Positions 1-11,936 of a stretch of DNA of 64,000 nt are shown piece after piece (position 1 is the first letter of the stretch; every line of letters starts with the position of its first letter). The notes beneath the pieces were generated by a model. That model was not told where the DNA came from. It did not search any database and worked only from the letters and a program-made list of their open reading frames with translations. Origin of the DNA: Leucoraja ocellata (Eukaryota). The stretch lies in NCBI GenBank assembly GCA_036785375.1, contig JAWMAR010000177.1, positions 1,612,001 through 1,676,000 on the forward strand, in the 5' to 3' direction. The position numbers were made by a program, and so were the translations under genes.

Positions 1-520
1 GTGGCTCCACACAGAGTTGAATGCTTTGATTCCTCAGAGGTCCCACTCTCTCTCTCTCTCTCTAGTTACCCTTTTCCCCCTTATGTATTTATAAATTATT
101 TTGTGATTGTCCTTAATGCTACCCACCAGAGCTATCTCCTGGCCCTTTTTGCCCATCTGATTTCCTTTTTTAGTTTACTCCTTAACTCCTGAAACTCCTC
201 CAGGGATGCACTTGCTCCCAGCTGCCTATACCTGTCCTATGCATCCTTCTTGTTTTTGACTAACGTCTCAATTACCCTCGTCAGCCAAGCTTCCTTACAT
301 TTGCCTCCTTTGTCCTTCACTTTAACGGGGACATACACATCCTGGGCTTTCTTCAGTACACTTTTAACATCATACCACTTGGCCGATGTTCCTTTCCCAT
401 CTAATAACCTGCTCCAGTCAATTTGAGCAAGACCTTCTCTCATACCCTCAATGTTGGCCTTACCCCAGTTGAACATTTTAACACGTGGACCCTCTCCGTT
501 CCTATCCATAATTATCTTAA
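1..520 (-). mobile_element. CR1-clade LINE ORF2 fragment (endonuclease-RT linker)
   Basis: ORF 237-554 (IRFKIIMDR...FNWGKANIEGMREGLAQIDWSRLL...WLTRVIETLVKNKKDA) is typical of CR1 ORF2. Confidence 0.85.
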
Positions 521-2597
521 ACCTAATCATCCCAAAAGGCTCCTCCACACACATTTCATTAACTTCCCCTTCCCAATACTAGATCCAGCGTTGCCCTCTC
601 CTGTGTGGGAGCCTCCACATACTGTCTATCCTTTTTTGTAAACCAGCAAGATCTGCCACAACTGTTGAACATCCACCTGTGACTACAGCTAGATCTGGAA
701 TTTTCTCCGTTACATGGAGATCTTCAAGGGGTCATTGTACAGTACAGCATAGGAAGGGAACCCTTTATACTGGAGAAGACTGGCCTGAAGAAGAGACCTG
801 GCCCGAAACATCACCTATCCATGTTCTCCAGAGATGCTGCCTGACCCGCTGAGTTACTCCAACACTTTTTGTCCTTTTTTGTAAACCAGCTTCTGCACTT
901 CTTTGATTTTTCAGGAACAGGCCCTTTGCCCCTCAATGTTTGTGCAGAACATGATGCCAAGTTAAACTAATCTCCTCTACCTGCACATGATCCATATCCC
1001 TCCATTATCTGCATATCCATGTGCCTATCTAGTAGCTTTTTAAACATCATTATCATATCTGCTTCCACTACCACCCATGGCAGCATGTTCCTGGTACTCA
1101 CCACAGTGTAAAAACTACTTTCTCCAAACACCTCCTTTAAACTTTCTTCCTCTGACCTTATAGCTTTAGACTTTAGAGATACAATGCGGAAACAGGCCCT
1201 TTAGCCAACCGAATCCTGCACCGACCAGCGATCATCCCATACACTAACACTATTCTTCACACTTGGGACAATTTTACAACTTACCAAAGATTATTAAACG
1301 ACAAACCTGTATGCTTTGGGAGAATATTCTCTTGCATGCAGCCTGCAAAATGTTGCTTCCCATCATCACGATCTTTAGCCATCATTGGAATTATCAGGAA
1401 AAACTACATAACTTTTAAAATTCTGTTTTCCTCAGTGTTTGTAAGACTGGGGAAATGGCAAAATTCCCAAATCTTAATGCCTTGGTTGAGGTCTTCTGTT
1501 CTTAATGGGATTATCCAGTTTATCGAGCTTTATTGAAACTATATGAAATTAAGGAGACTCCATCTTTGAGACTGACTGAAGAGTTCATTTGTACAAGAAC
1601 GTGTTTAATACTGAACAAGGTGCAATTGTGCTTTAACCTAGGATTGTGTCACTGTAATTAACACAATCCTACATATTAAATTTAGACTTGCAGAAAAAAC
1701 AGAATGGATCTCTGCCATGGCTCTTCCCCGCAGAGTACCACTGCAGCCTACTTGACGTACCCAGCTTAATTCCCAGGTTCTCTTTTGACATGCTGTTTGC
1801 GAACTACAGTTTGCATATGCCAACTGAGTCAAATTTATATTTTAGAAACTCTGAACTGAGAGTCACAGTGGTGAGAGTTCACATCAGACCAGCTGTTGCT
1901 CTTTGTGTGAAATCTGGTGCATGGCTGGTCAGGGGAATTAATAAAGGACACCACTGGAAGTTTCTTAAAGGCTGAAGTTAATTATTCTGTGGTTAAGAAT
2001 AAACACTGCCTCATTTCCATATGAATTATACTGATTTTTTCATACATATCCGAGCAATAAATAACCCTGTATTTACCTAGAATATTTAAACTCGCTATAT
2101 TTTCTTACCAGGTACATGATCACAAACCTGCTCGTGAAGGCTAAATATTGAAATTTAAAATCACTGATATTATTTATTTTATGACAGGAATGGCAAGAAT
2201 GTTCTTCATAGCAATAGATCATCTGTGATTGATGGGCATTGTAAAACTAATCTAATCCAACATATATTATATATTAATGTGGGGACAGGACTATGCATTC
2301 TTAACTGAATCTTGGGGCTTTAAAGCTTGGTAGTTCATGTATTCAGTCAGCATGTCCCACAGTTATCACAACCTTATATTTTCCTCATCTACTCTCTTGT
2401 CTCTGTCTATTTGTTTCGCTACTAACTTAACTATCAAGTAAGAGTAATTTAGTAATGAGAAACTAAAAGGTGATATTTTACCTCTGGTGATACGCTTTGA
2501 TATTACTTCATGATTTATTACAGGTACGGACAAATTAATTTGATTCTTCACATTCCTTGTAATTTTTGCTGGATTTTATATTCTGTCTCTGTAACAT

Positions 2598-2915
2598 TCA
2601 CCTCTGAGTCCAGAAATGTAGCTTCAATCCTGGCTGCAGAGACGTGAACACAGAGACTGTCGTACTGAGGGAGGGCTGTGGAGTCTATCAGAGGAGATAT
2701 CAAACTGTGGATCCATCTCTGTCAGATACAAAGAATCCAATAACACTACTATGAATATGACAAGGGGATATATTTTCAAACACACTTTATGAATATAAAT
2801 CTTATTTGCAGAATCCTGCCGAGTACATATTTGGCTGTAGGTTTGTGACTTCACAACAGTGACTACACTTCAAAAATACGATGGCTGGGATATTAAGAGA
2901 ACTGAAACATGCCAC
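2598..2915 (+). mobile_element. Degraded Deu-domain SINE (SacSINE1/AmnSINE-like)
   Basis: Contains cctctgagtc...gtactgagggag...acaacagtgactacacttcaaaa, matching the recalled shark DeuSINE consensus. Similar relics lie near 7085, 16170, 22955, 30325 and 56925. Confidence 0.6.
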
Positions 2916-2962
2916 ATTAATAATTTTCAAAACAAATCCTTTTCAAAAATACTCATCCTAAT

Positions 2963-3200
2963 GGTGGCACAGTGGCACAGCTGGTAGAGCCACTACGTCA
3001 CAGTGCCAGACTCGGATTCGATCCTGGCCGCAAGTGCTATCTGTGTGGAGTTTGCACCTTCTCCCTGTGTAAATTGTCCCTAGTCTGTAGGGAGTGGATG
3101 AGTAAATGGGATAACATAGAACTAGTGTGAATAGGTGATCGATGGTCTGTGTGGACAGTGGGTCGAAGGGCCTGTTTTCATGCTGTATCTCAAAACTAAA
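2963..3200 (+). mobile_element. HE1-type tRNA-derived V-SINE (internally deleted)
   Basis: Head ggtggcacagtggcacagctggtagag with B-box-like ggattcgatcc, body tgtgtggagtttgcac, and CR1-like tail gaagggcctgtttt...ctaaa. Confidence 0.85.
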
Positions 3201-4319
3201 AATAAGTAAACGACATTAATTAATATAATTTATGCGGATTTTGTAACAGTTTGCTCTCTTTACAATATTTTTTTTTAAAGCACCAAGTAAAGCTTATTTC
3301 ACCAGAGAGAAAACACACTCGACTCTGCTGCATGCTATTTCTACGAAGGTGTTAATGTTATCATTTCAATGGTTGACAATTTAGCAGCCCAATGATAAGG
3401 CTGCTCCTCCGGCTAGTGTCTCCATGAATTTGAGTAATTAGTTTGGCTGTACATTGCAACTGAGCTGCTCACAGCTGGGATTTCATAAAAGGTACAGTAT
3501 GGACTGGATGCAACTGTAAATAATTTCCATCCTTTGCTGTTTTCTACATCGGCTGAGTAGGTTCAGAAACCATCACGGCCAGGTCAGTTAACTTTAATCT
3601 TGGAGATTTAATGAAAGCTGGTCAAAGCTCAGAGTATTTTGCACTTGGGTACTGACAGCCAAGCTACAGATTGATGGTTGCCTGTTAAAAGCTTTGAAAA
3701 AGCCTGCTATATTGGATGGCAGCTAACTCTTATCTACATTTGGCCTTCTGTTTGAAAGCCCAAATGAGAGCAGTGGTGTGTGAAGCGTTGCCCCTGGCAG
3801 AACAATAAAGCACACTGAAGTGCAGCAGCAGCAGCTGTGGTATATGTTTAAAATGTGGCTTCAACACTAGTAAGCATTTCAATACTAGTCCTGTTCTAAG
3901 CTTCCACATCTTGGTGGAGGAGCATGGAAGATAGACACAAAATGCTGGAGGAACTCAGCGGGACAGGCAGCATCTCTGGAGGGAAGGTGGGGTGACATTT
4001 CGGGTCGAGACCATACTCCAGACTGAGATTCGGTCTGAATAACATGGAGTTTACTATCTTCATCAAGTCCATTCAAATGCACTGAATTCCATAGCAAATA
4101 ATTTATTTTTGCCTCAGTTTGAGTTCGTTATCAGATGTACCGGGATACAGTGAAAAGCTTTTGTTACGTGCTAACCAGTCGGTGGAAAAACTGTACATGA
4201 TTACAAATGAGCCATCCGCAGTGTACAGATATATGATGAAGAGAATAACGTGAATAATGTTTAGTGCATCATCTGCTATGCAAGATCTCTCAACAAGTAC
4301 ATCTGAAGTTGCAAAAAAA

Positions 4320-4783
4320 GAGAGGGGGGGGGAGAGAGAGGGTGGGGGGAGAGAGAGGGGGGAGAGAGAGGGGGGAGAGAGGGGGAGAGAGGTGGGAGAG
4401 AGGAGGGAGAGAGGGGAGAGAGGGGAGAGAGAGGGAGTGCTGAGAGGGGGGTGAGATGAGTGGCGGGGGAGAGGTGGGGAGCAGGGAGGGGGTAGGGGTG
4501 TGTGGAGGGGAAGGGGGTTTAGGGGAGGGACGGTGGGGGAGGGGAGGGGGAAGAGGACGGGGGGAAGGGGGGGGAGGAGAGGTGGGGGGGAAGGAGAGGG
4601 GAGGGAGGAAGGAGAGGAGGGGGAGGAGAGAGGAGGGGGGGAGAGAGAAGAGATGAGGGGGGGAGGAGAGGGGGGAGAGGGAGGGGAGGGGGAGGGGGGG
4701 AAAGGAGAGGGAGGGGGGAGGGAGAGGAGAAGGAGGAGGGAGAGGAGAGGGAGGGGGGAGAGGAGAAGGAGGGGGGAGAGAGA
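4320..4783 (+). repeat. Long G/A polypurine low-complexity tract
   Basis: About 460 bp of nearly pure G/A with many G-runs. It produces the spurious Pro-rich and Gly-rich ORFs. Confidence 0.95.
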
Positions 4784-4919
4784 GTGCCTTTTTACTTCAA
4801 CCCAAACCCAAACAACCATTTGCAGGCAGTGCTTTTTTACCTCTAACCATATTTTCATTTTCAAACCAAATTAAGGGTACTCACAGTGCTGTAGATATTT
4901 GTCAGTGTCATTCAAAGCT

Positions 4920-4993
4920 CTGATTGAGGCACACCACATGCAGAGACTGATTGAGGCACACCACTTGCAGAGACTGATTGAGGCACACCACTT
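4920..4993 (+). repeat. 27-bp tandem repeat, about 2.7 copies
   Basis: ctgattgaggcacaccac(a/t)tgcagaga begins at 4920, 4947 and 4974. Confidence 0.95.
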
Positions 4994-5301
4994 CCTGGTT
5001 TTATATTCCCTCCCTCTCCCTCCAGCGGGGGCAGCAGAGAGAATGGGGAATGTTGTAAAAACATTAATATCTCTGTCAATTTTCATCAACAGGAAAATTC
5101 CTCGGCACACGTGCGGCGGAGGGGGGCTCTGAGCGATGTGGCCAAAAATGATGGCCGTAGGTGGCGGCGTACTCTCGGAAACCGCAGCACAGAAAGCCAA
5201 AACAGGTCAAGAACAGAGTTTTAGTAATATAGATATGTAAGACTCATTAAGAAGGCTCCACTTTGGCTGTGGTGTCAACTGTTGTTAGTTAAAATACATA
5301 C

Positions 5302-5419
5302 CTTCATTGTCCTGAACTGTGAAATTAGGATTATTGGCAGCTTCTGGGGTCAAACTGAAGAGGAACCTGGATCCACCTCGTGGCGAGTCTTGGTCCACAG
5401 CACTGACAGTTTGTATCAG
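5302..5419 (-). CDS. Type II classical cadherin internal exon (118 bp, EC5)
   Basis: acatag|CTG ATA CAA...AAT GAA G|gtatgt gives LIQTVSAVDQDSPRGGSRFLFSLTPEAANNPNFTVQDNE, with the AxDxD motif. The 118-bp length and phase 0-1 match type II cadherins. Not listed in the ORF track. The transmembrane and cytoplasmic exons should lie left of the window. Confidence 0.95.
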
Positions 5420-5594
5420 CTATGTGTAAAATTAATTTAACAAAAAAATCAATATCAGAAGCATTCAAGCAGGTGTACACATACAATAATGGTTATGTCC
5501 AAGCAATCCCAGAATAGGAATTGAGTCAGACAAATGCAGTAAAACTATGATAATTTACCATCGGACCATTCAGAAATTCTAACCAAGTGATTCC

Positions 5595-6065
5595 TATCTG
5601 CTCACCAGGGCCCTAATTCCCTTACCCCATCCACTCGCTGTGGCTAGGGTTCCACACTCCCCACCTGCTTACCAGCGCCATGGTGCCACACTCTGCTCCA
5701 CTCAAAGAGAATGCAGATCCTGCGATGATCATGGTGCTCACTGGGGTATGGTTCCCACAGCCCCCACCTGCTCACTGCCGCCACCATGCCCACGCTCCGC
5801 TGCACAAACTGGGGTCTGAGTCTCACACTACCGCCAACCCCCAATCACCAGTGCCACCATGCCCACCCTCTGCTCCACTCACTGGGGCCAGGGTCCCACG
5901 TTACCAATCTGCTCACTAATGCCACTGTGCCCATGTCCTACTCCACTCACTGGGGGCTGGGTCCCATACAGATACCCCACCCACCAATGCTATGGTTCTC
6001 CTTTTGCACCAAGTCCCAGGCTCACCACACAGTTTCCTGTTCCCATGCTCCCTTCCACTCACAAA
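5595..6065. repeat. Degenerate C-rich minisatellite (unit about 60-70 bp)
   Basis: Recurrent ccactcactgggg...gggtcccac...gccaccatgcccac...ctgctcc motifs. Confidence 0.7.
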
Positions 6066-7672
6066 GAATCTGATTTGGCCCCGTTTCCAATGCTTGTTTT
6101 CCCTGCATTCACATTAAATTTACCAGGTCCATTGGAAAATGTATTATTCTAATTTAGAGCATCTTTGAAAAAATGGTTTTAAAGTTTTTTGGTGCATTGA
6201 TGATATCTGAGAGTCTACTACTCTGACACCACCAAAGTCCCAAACATGATGAATTAACAGACGTTTACTGCATTTGGTAACTGTTCCAAATTGTAGGCCA
6301 TAACATAATAAGTCCCAAGATAGTGATTATTAACAATGGCTACACCCAAAGATATTTTAAATGGGCAGAAAAGATGAGTAGATCATTGTGGTGATTTTAA
6401 ACTCTGAAGTCTAATTCATTGGCCTGGGCACTTGTTCCTGCCCAATGATTAGAATTATGCGGTTGAAGTAATGACTACTTGGCCTGGGATGCAGCACTGG
6501 CAGAACACTGGCGAGATTCAAAATCAGCAGAAGAGAAGAAAATTAATTTTTGTGTGCGCTTTTATAAATAATTAACAAAGCTCAAGTATTATCATGGCAT
6601 ATTAAAAATATTCATCTTTGGTTCATTCCAAAATTTTTATAGGCTTATTAATAAAATCTGAAGTAAAAATCTATCTTCTGTCATGTGCCATCAAAGGAGC
6701 CAAATTTCAGAAGTGGGGCACGACGTGCTTATGCTAGCTCATTGTCAATTTAGTTCACGCAACAAAGGATTAATTTTTAGCCTTTGTTCTTAAGGCACTA
6801 CACTGGATCTTGGCCTATTTTGAATGATCCAAGGTCAGGTCCAGCTTAAGGTGACATCAGGCGCAGAGCTGCTGAACTGCGCTTTTCACATAGAGTGGAT
6901 GAAATCACAGAATGTAAGATCCTTAGAACATCAACAACAATCCTATAATCCCCTGTAATAAAAATGAGAATTGTTGAGCTATCATAAACCCATAGCCTCA
7001 GTTATAAATAGATACCATTATTGAATGAACACCCTGAAATACCAGTAAATAATAGAAGATGAACTCAAGGCCTTGGCTAACACTTCATGTAGCATTGTTA
7101 CATTGTCAGGTAACTGTCTTTTAGATGATACTTTTTACAAGGAGCTTGTCTGTGTGGTTCAGTATCTCAGGCGGATAGAAAATCCCTCGATACTATTCCA
7201 AAACCTATTGAGTTTTCCCTTTAACTATTAAGTTTCTCCACTTTTGAGAATGTTAACATGGTGAACATTAATTCACCAAACACTCCAGCAAAGTGGGATT
7301 TTACATTCAGGTATTTGTTGACATTGTGCTAGCTTTCAGGGATTTTAGGTCAACCTTATCGGATGATAAAGTGGTGTAAAAATCCAAGATCCCATTGAAG
7401 TATTCTCATAGCTCATGGAAAGGCTGCAATTTATTAGTGGACTCTGGTGTCCCAGATAGATATGGGAAACAAATGGCATAACATCTCCACGTGATGCACC
7501 ATTGTGCATTGTACACATTGTCATTCTTCATCTTTAATGGACCAATACATCTGCAACTCTGTACCTAATGCACTGTGGGGATCCCCAAAAGGCCCAAGCA
7601 AGAGGTGGCTCAACACCACCTACTTAAGATCGGATCATGATCCTCAATACACACCATTGGCCAATTCAATGG

Positions 7673-7895
7673 TCAAGATGTACAGAATGAATTTTAAAAC
7701 TTAATAATGGTGTTTGTAAAGATTCTAGAACAGGAAGCTTGGAGAAATGTTAAATTACTACCATCTGAGTTGTTCTAAAATTACATCAAGATGCACAGAA
7801 TGAATTTTAAAACTTAATAATGGTGTTTTTAAAGATTCTAGAACAGGAAGCTTGGAGAAATGTTGAATTACTACCAAGTTGTTCTAAAATTACAC
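7673..7895. repeat. 113-bp tandem duplication
   Basis: tcaagatg(t/c)acagaatgaattttaaaacttaataatgg...gttgttctaaaattaca starts at 7673 and 7786. The copies differ by a few substitutions and a 3-bp indel. Confidence 0.95.
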
Positions 7896-9737
7896 CATTA
7901 AAGAATCAGTCTGAAGAAGGGTCCAGACTCAAAACGTTGCTTTTCACTTCCCCCACAGATGCTGCCTGATCTGCTGAGTTCCTCCAGCGCTTTGTGTTTT
8001 GCTGAAGATTCCAGCAACTGCAGTTCTTTATACCCCCATGCATTGTCTTATGCTGAACTTTACGCTGACATATATAATAATATACAGAATTTCAACCATT
8101 TGAGACAAGGGAAATACATTTGTTTCTGTGGACATCCATTCATCTTGACCAGCTGCAGTGATAAAATACATTATTATTTCACTCTTCATACTCAAATCTT
8201 AATAGATTATAGTTTTTTTTTTTAATTGTTAAAGGAGCAAGTGAGCTGTCTGAATGAGATACAGCTGCATCTTCAGGAAGTACGATGCCACATCAGCATG
8301 GCAGAATTAAAAAGGATTCAATATAGTTGGACTGAAAGGTGCGATAGGATAGCTGCTGTTGAATATCACAGGATGTGGCTGGGTCACAGGGTTATTTGGT
8401 GAATTTGCGGAATTCATTGGCACAGACGGCTGAGAAGGTCAAGCCAATGGATAATTTTAAGGCGGAGATTGACAGATTCTTGATTAGTAAGGGTGTTAGG
8501 GGATATGGGGAGAAGGCAGGAGAATGGGGTTGAGAGGGAAACATAGATCACCCATGATTGAACGACAGAGTAGACTTGATGGGTCAAATGGCCTTATTCT
8601 GCTCCTAGAACTTATGAAGACCAGGCAGTTTGATGGGAATGACAGGACATGTGTGATGTCCATTTCTTTATCGCTGCCTTAGCTTGTCTGCTATGGAAAC
8701 ATTCATCCATGCTGATGTAACTCGAGATTTGACAGTTCCAACGCACCCCTAATGAATTACAAATTATGAAAGCGAGTGAGAGGTTGGATGTGGATAGGCT
8801 CTTTCCGGAGGCTGCAGAAATTAGAACAAGGTGAGGAGAAATGTTTATATGCTGACGGTTGAAAATCTTTGGCTGGTCAGTCAATGGATACATTCGACAC
8901 AGAGATTGATGGAAACGTAGTCATGATGAATATCAGGTCAACTCAGTGACCTGCCGAAAAAATGGACAAGGGATCAAATTAGTCATGATCTGACTGAATG
9001 ACAGAGCATAGTGTATTCCTGCAGATTTATTAACTTCAAGATTCGTGGCCAAAATTCAGATTCAGATTCAGATTCAATTTTAATTGTCATTGTCAGTGTA
9101 CAGTACAGAGACAACGAAATGCATTTAGCATCTCCCTGGAAGAGCGACATAGCAAATGATTTGAATAAATAATAATAAGTGTCTGGGGGGGGGGGGTGAT
9201 GATTGACAGTCACCGAGGTACGTTGTTGAGTATTGTTTCCTTACCTGTATGAAAATTGTTTCCTTACCTGTATTTTGCAAATATGCACTTTAAAATGTAC
9301 CTCTTTATCCAAACCTTTAGTCATCTGTCCAATTATCTCCTTCTGTGACTTAGTGTCAGAATATTATCTGATACCTTGGTTAGCTTAGATGGGGCATTTT
9401 GGTCGGTATGAACGAGTTGGGCCAAAGGGCCTATTTCTGTGCTGTATGACTTTATGGCTCTGTAAATTTTTTTTGCAAAGAGCAGCTTTAATTTTGTAGA
9501 CTGCACTTTGTACTTGCAAGTTATTTTCAATTTCACTTTCCTCAAGGAATTGCAGGCGATGATAAACACAACACTGAAGAGGAGTTAAGGCCTGGGACAG
9601 ATCAGCTATGATGATTTGAAAGGTGGGGCAGGGTTGAGGAGTCGTGGTCTGCTCCTGTGGCTATTTTATTGAGTTCTTCTTCACAGGTTGTCCAATTGTG
9701 CACATTGAATAAAACGTAAGTAATTAAAATAGCTCAC

Positions 9738-9859
9738 CTGGCCAGCCTTTGCGTTTTCACAGACAAATGTTTCGTAAACCATGGGAAATTCTGGAGCATT
9801 GTCATTGACATCCAAAATCCTGATTTGAACTGGTACACGACTACTTTGTCTCAAGTTTT
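9738..9859 (-). CDS. Type II classical cadherin internal exon (122 bp, EC4/EC5 boundary)
   Basis: ttacag|AA AAC TTG...GGC CAG|gtgagc gives (K)[40 protein letters not shown], including the DxNDNxP calcium-binding motif. In frame with both neighbouring exons. Confidence 0.97.
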
Positions 9860-10071
9860 CTGTAACTGCAAACAAGTCAGAATAAATACAATCCTTCCTC
9901 GGTTCAATTGAACAATATATGCAAGGGAAGATTTAACCAACTCATTCTAATATGTAATTATTGAAAAATAGAGCACGGATGGCTGATATTTGCTGATTGA
10001 ATAAAGTCTATTCAGACCAGTTCTACTTCCCAACTTGCATACCATAGACCCGAGGCGATCCTTCTAGGTCA

Positions 10072-10362
10072 AAGAAGATAGACACAAAATGCTGCAGTAA
10101 CTCAGCTGGTCAGACAGCATCTTGGGAGAAAAGGAATAGGTTATGTTTCGGGTCGAGACCCTTTCTCAGACTGAGATACATTTGTTCTTAGTACATTTTC
10201 ATATCTTTGGTGTCCCTCTCCCGACTCTCAGTCTGAAGAAGGGTCTCGACCCGAAACATCACCTATACCTTTTCTCCAGAGATGCTGCCTGAACCCATGA
10301 GTTACTTTTGCATTTTGCGTCTATCTTCGACGTAAACCAGCATCTGCAGTTCCTCCATAATC
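10072..10362. mobile_element. Fold-back mini Penelope-like element inside the 648-bp cadherin intron
   Basis: Inverted arms at about 10075-10176 and 10226-10327, followed by the tail aaaccagcatctgcagttcc. Flanked by the direct repeat cttctaggtca (10061-10071 and 10366-10376). Confidence 0.85.
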
Positions 10363-10507
10363 ATTCTTCTAGGTCAGTCGATTGGAGACCAAATCATCCC
10401 AAAGATGTATTTCGTCATGAGACCTGAAGGTCCATCTCATTTACAGATTATACAAAATGACTAAACCTAGTGCAACACTACTGTTGATAAGTGAGGTATG
10501 CACTTAC

Positions 10508-10644
10508 TTGTCTCAGTTGCGATTACTGTGATATTGTGCCATGATGTTTCTTCCCGGTCAAGTGGTTTTAATGTAATAATTGATCCATTTGCTGAGTTTA
10601 TGTTGAAATATCTGTCCAAATCAGTATGGCGATCGATTGAATAG
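10508..10644 (-). CDS. Type II classical cadherin internal exon (137 bp, EC4; CDH6/9/10-like)
   Basis: Minus strand reads ttttcccag|C TAT TCA ATC GAT...ACT GAG ACA A|gtaagt. Translation is [45 protein letters not shown], with the cadherin LDRE motif. The 137-bp length and phase 2-1 match the conserved type II cadherin exon. Confidence 0.96.
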
Positions 10645-10920
10645 CTGGGAAAAGTAAAAAAAAAAGGAAAACAATTCTTACAAACTTATTACCACTTTTC
10701 ATTTCAAGGTCCAATAATAGATATATTTGGTATACTTGTACTGCATCTGAGATGCTTTTCTAAGATTTATCTAAGTGAGTTGTATACAACAAAATAATTT
10801 TAATTGTACCTCAGTACATGTGACAAAATAAAGTACAATACCGTACCATGCATTGTTGTAGACTAATTGCTTCAACATTATTTTCTATGTCTTTTCATTT
10901 GCCTGCTCAGGATAACTCCA

Positions 10921-11936
10921 ATTATTGTCCTTGTCGACTCTTACTCCAGCTGGTTCGAGGTTGACCAGCTGCACCCTCTCACCTCTTCGGTCGTTATCGG
11001 GAAGCTGCGCCGCCACTTCGCTACCTTCGGCTCCCCGGCCAGTCTGCAGTCGGACAATGGCAGCCAGTTCACGAGCGCCGAGTTTCGGGATTTCGCGGTC
11101 AGCTGGAATTTTCACCACTACACCAGTAGCCCGGAGTACCCGCAGAGCAACGGTCTGGCAGAGCGCGCAGTCCGCAGTGCCAAAGACTTGCTGGAACATT
11201 GCCGTTTGTCTCGCTCTGACTTTTACCTTGCCCTCCTTAACCTTCGCAACATCTCCCGTGACCCTGCCATGGGCTACCCTGCGCAGCGACTCATGTCTCG
11301 CACCATGAGGCCCCCCGATCCCGGTGGCCCAGCGCTCCCTCGTGCCCTCCGTCCTCGAGCCCGCTGCTGTCCAGGAGCGCATTGCCCTTAAGCACGAAAT
11401 CCAGAAGCGCTCCCACGATAAATCCTGCCGTCCTCTCCCGCGTCTCTTCCCCGGTCAAGTTGTCCGAATGCAGTCCCCCTTCGGTCACTCGAGGCTCACC
11501 ACCATCGTCGGCTCCGCAGGTTCGCCTCGGTCCTATCTGGTCGACCATGACGGCACCGTTTACCGCCGGTCGCGACAGCACCTGCGGCTTGTCAACGAGC
11601 CACCACCTCCGCCCGCGGACCCTTTTGCTCCGCCGCTGCACTTCCACCCTTCCCGCCACTCCTCGCATGCCTCGGTCCCTGCCTTCTCAGCTCTATCAGC
11701 CGACTTCTCCCCCGTCTCACCCTCCCTCGCCTAACTGTCTGCCCGCTGCTGCGCCCGCGTCCCACCCTTCTTCTCCGTCTTCTCCAACCCCTCCCGGGTC
11801 CCCCGTTCCGGTTCGGTCACCTGCACCTGCACCTGCACCTGTTCTTTTTCTTCCTGCAGGGAGGGGAGATGGCGAGATGCGAATCCGGTCGGTACGCGTT
11901 GTCAAGCCGCCTGTCCATTATGGCGACTTTGCGTAA
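10921..11936 (+). pseudogene. Gypsy integrase, frameshifted
   Basis: The protein is split over three frames (ORFs 10867-11391, 11324-11734, 11382-11936). There is an extra C in the run at 11311-11316 and a second shift in the Pro-rich tail. Confidence 0.88.

Larger units (their letters stand above)
4291..5233 (-). mobile_element. Probable non-autonomous Helitron-like element with internal GA tract and 27-bp repeats
   Basis: Minus-strand start A|TCTATATTACTAAAA resembles vertebrate Helitron 5' ends. No TIR or TSD is visible, and the 3' end (CTTG|T) is non-canonical. Confidence 0.45.

Noticed and set aside
4103-4874. Long Pro-rich and Gly/Glu-rich ORFs (up to 253 aa)
   Set aside because: They arise from the G/A low-complexity tract, which lacks stop codons. 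There is no domain or splice support.
4920-4993. 27-bp repeats as a possible CRISPR array
   Set aside because: The units are head-to-tail with no spacers, the context is vertebrate, and there are no cas genes.
5302-10644. Assigning a specific symbol (CDH6, CDH10 or CDH20)
   Set aside because: The diagnostics are mixed: QSSRVP is CDH6-like, AVDQD and PEAANNPNF are CDH20-like, and DRHTDLDR is CDH10/11-like. Phylogeny and synteny are needed.
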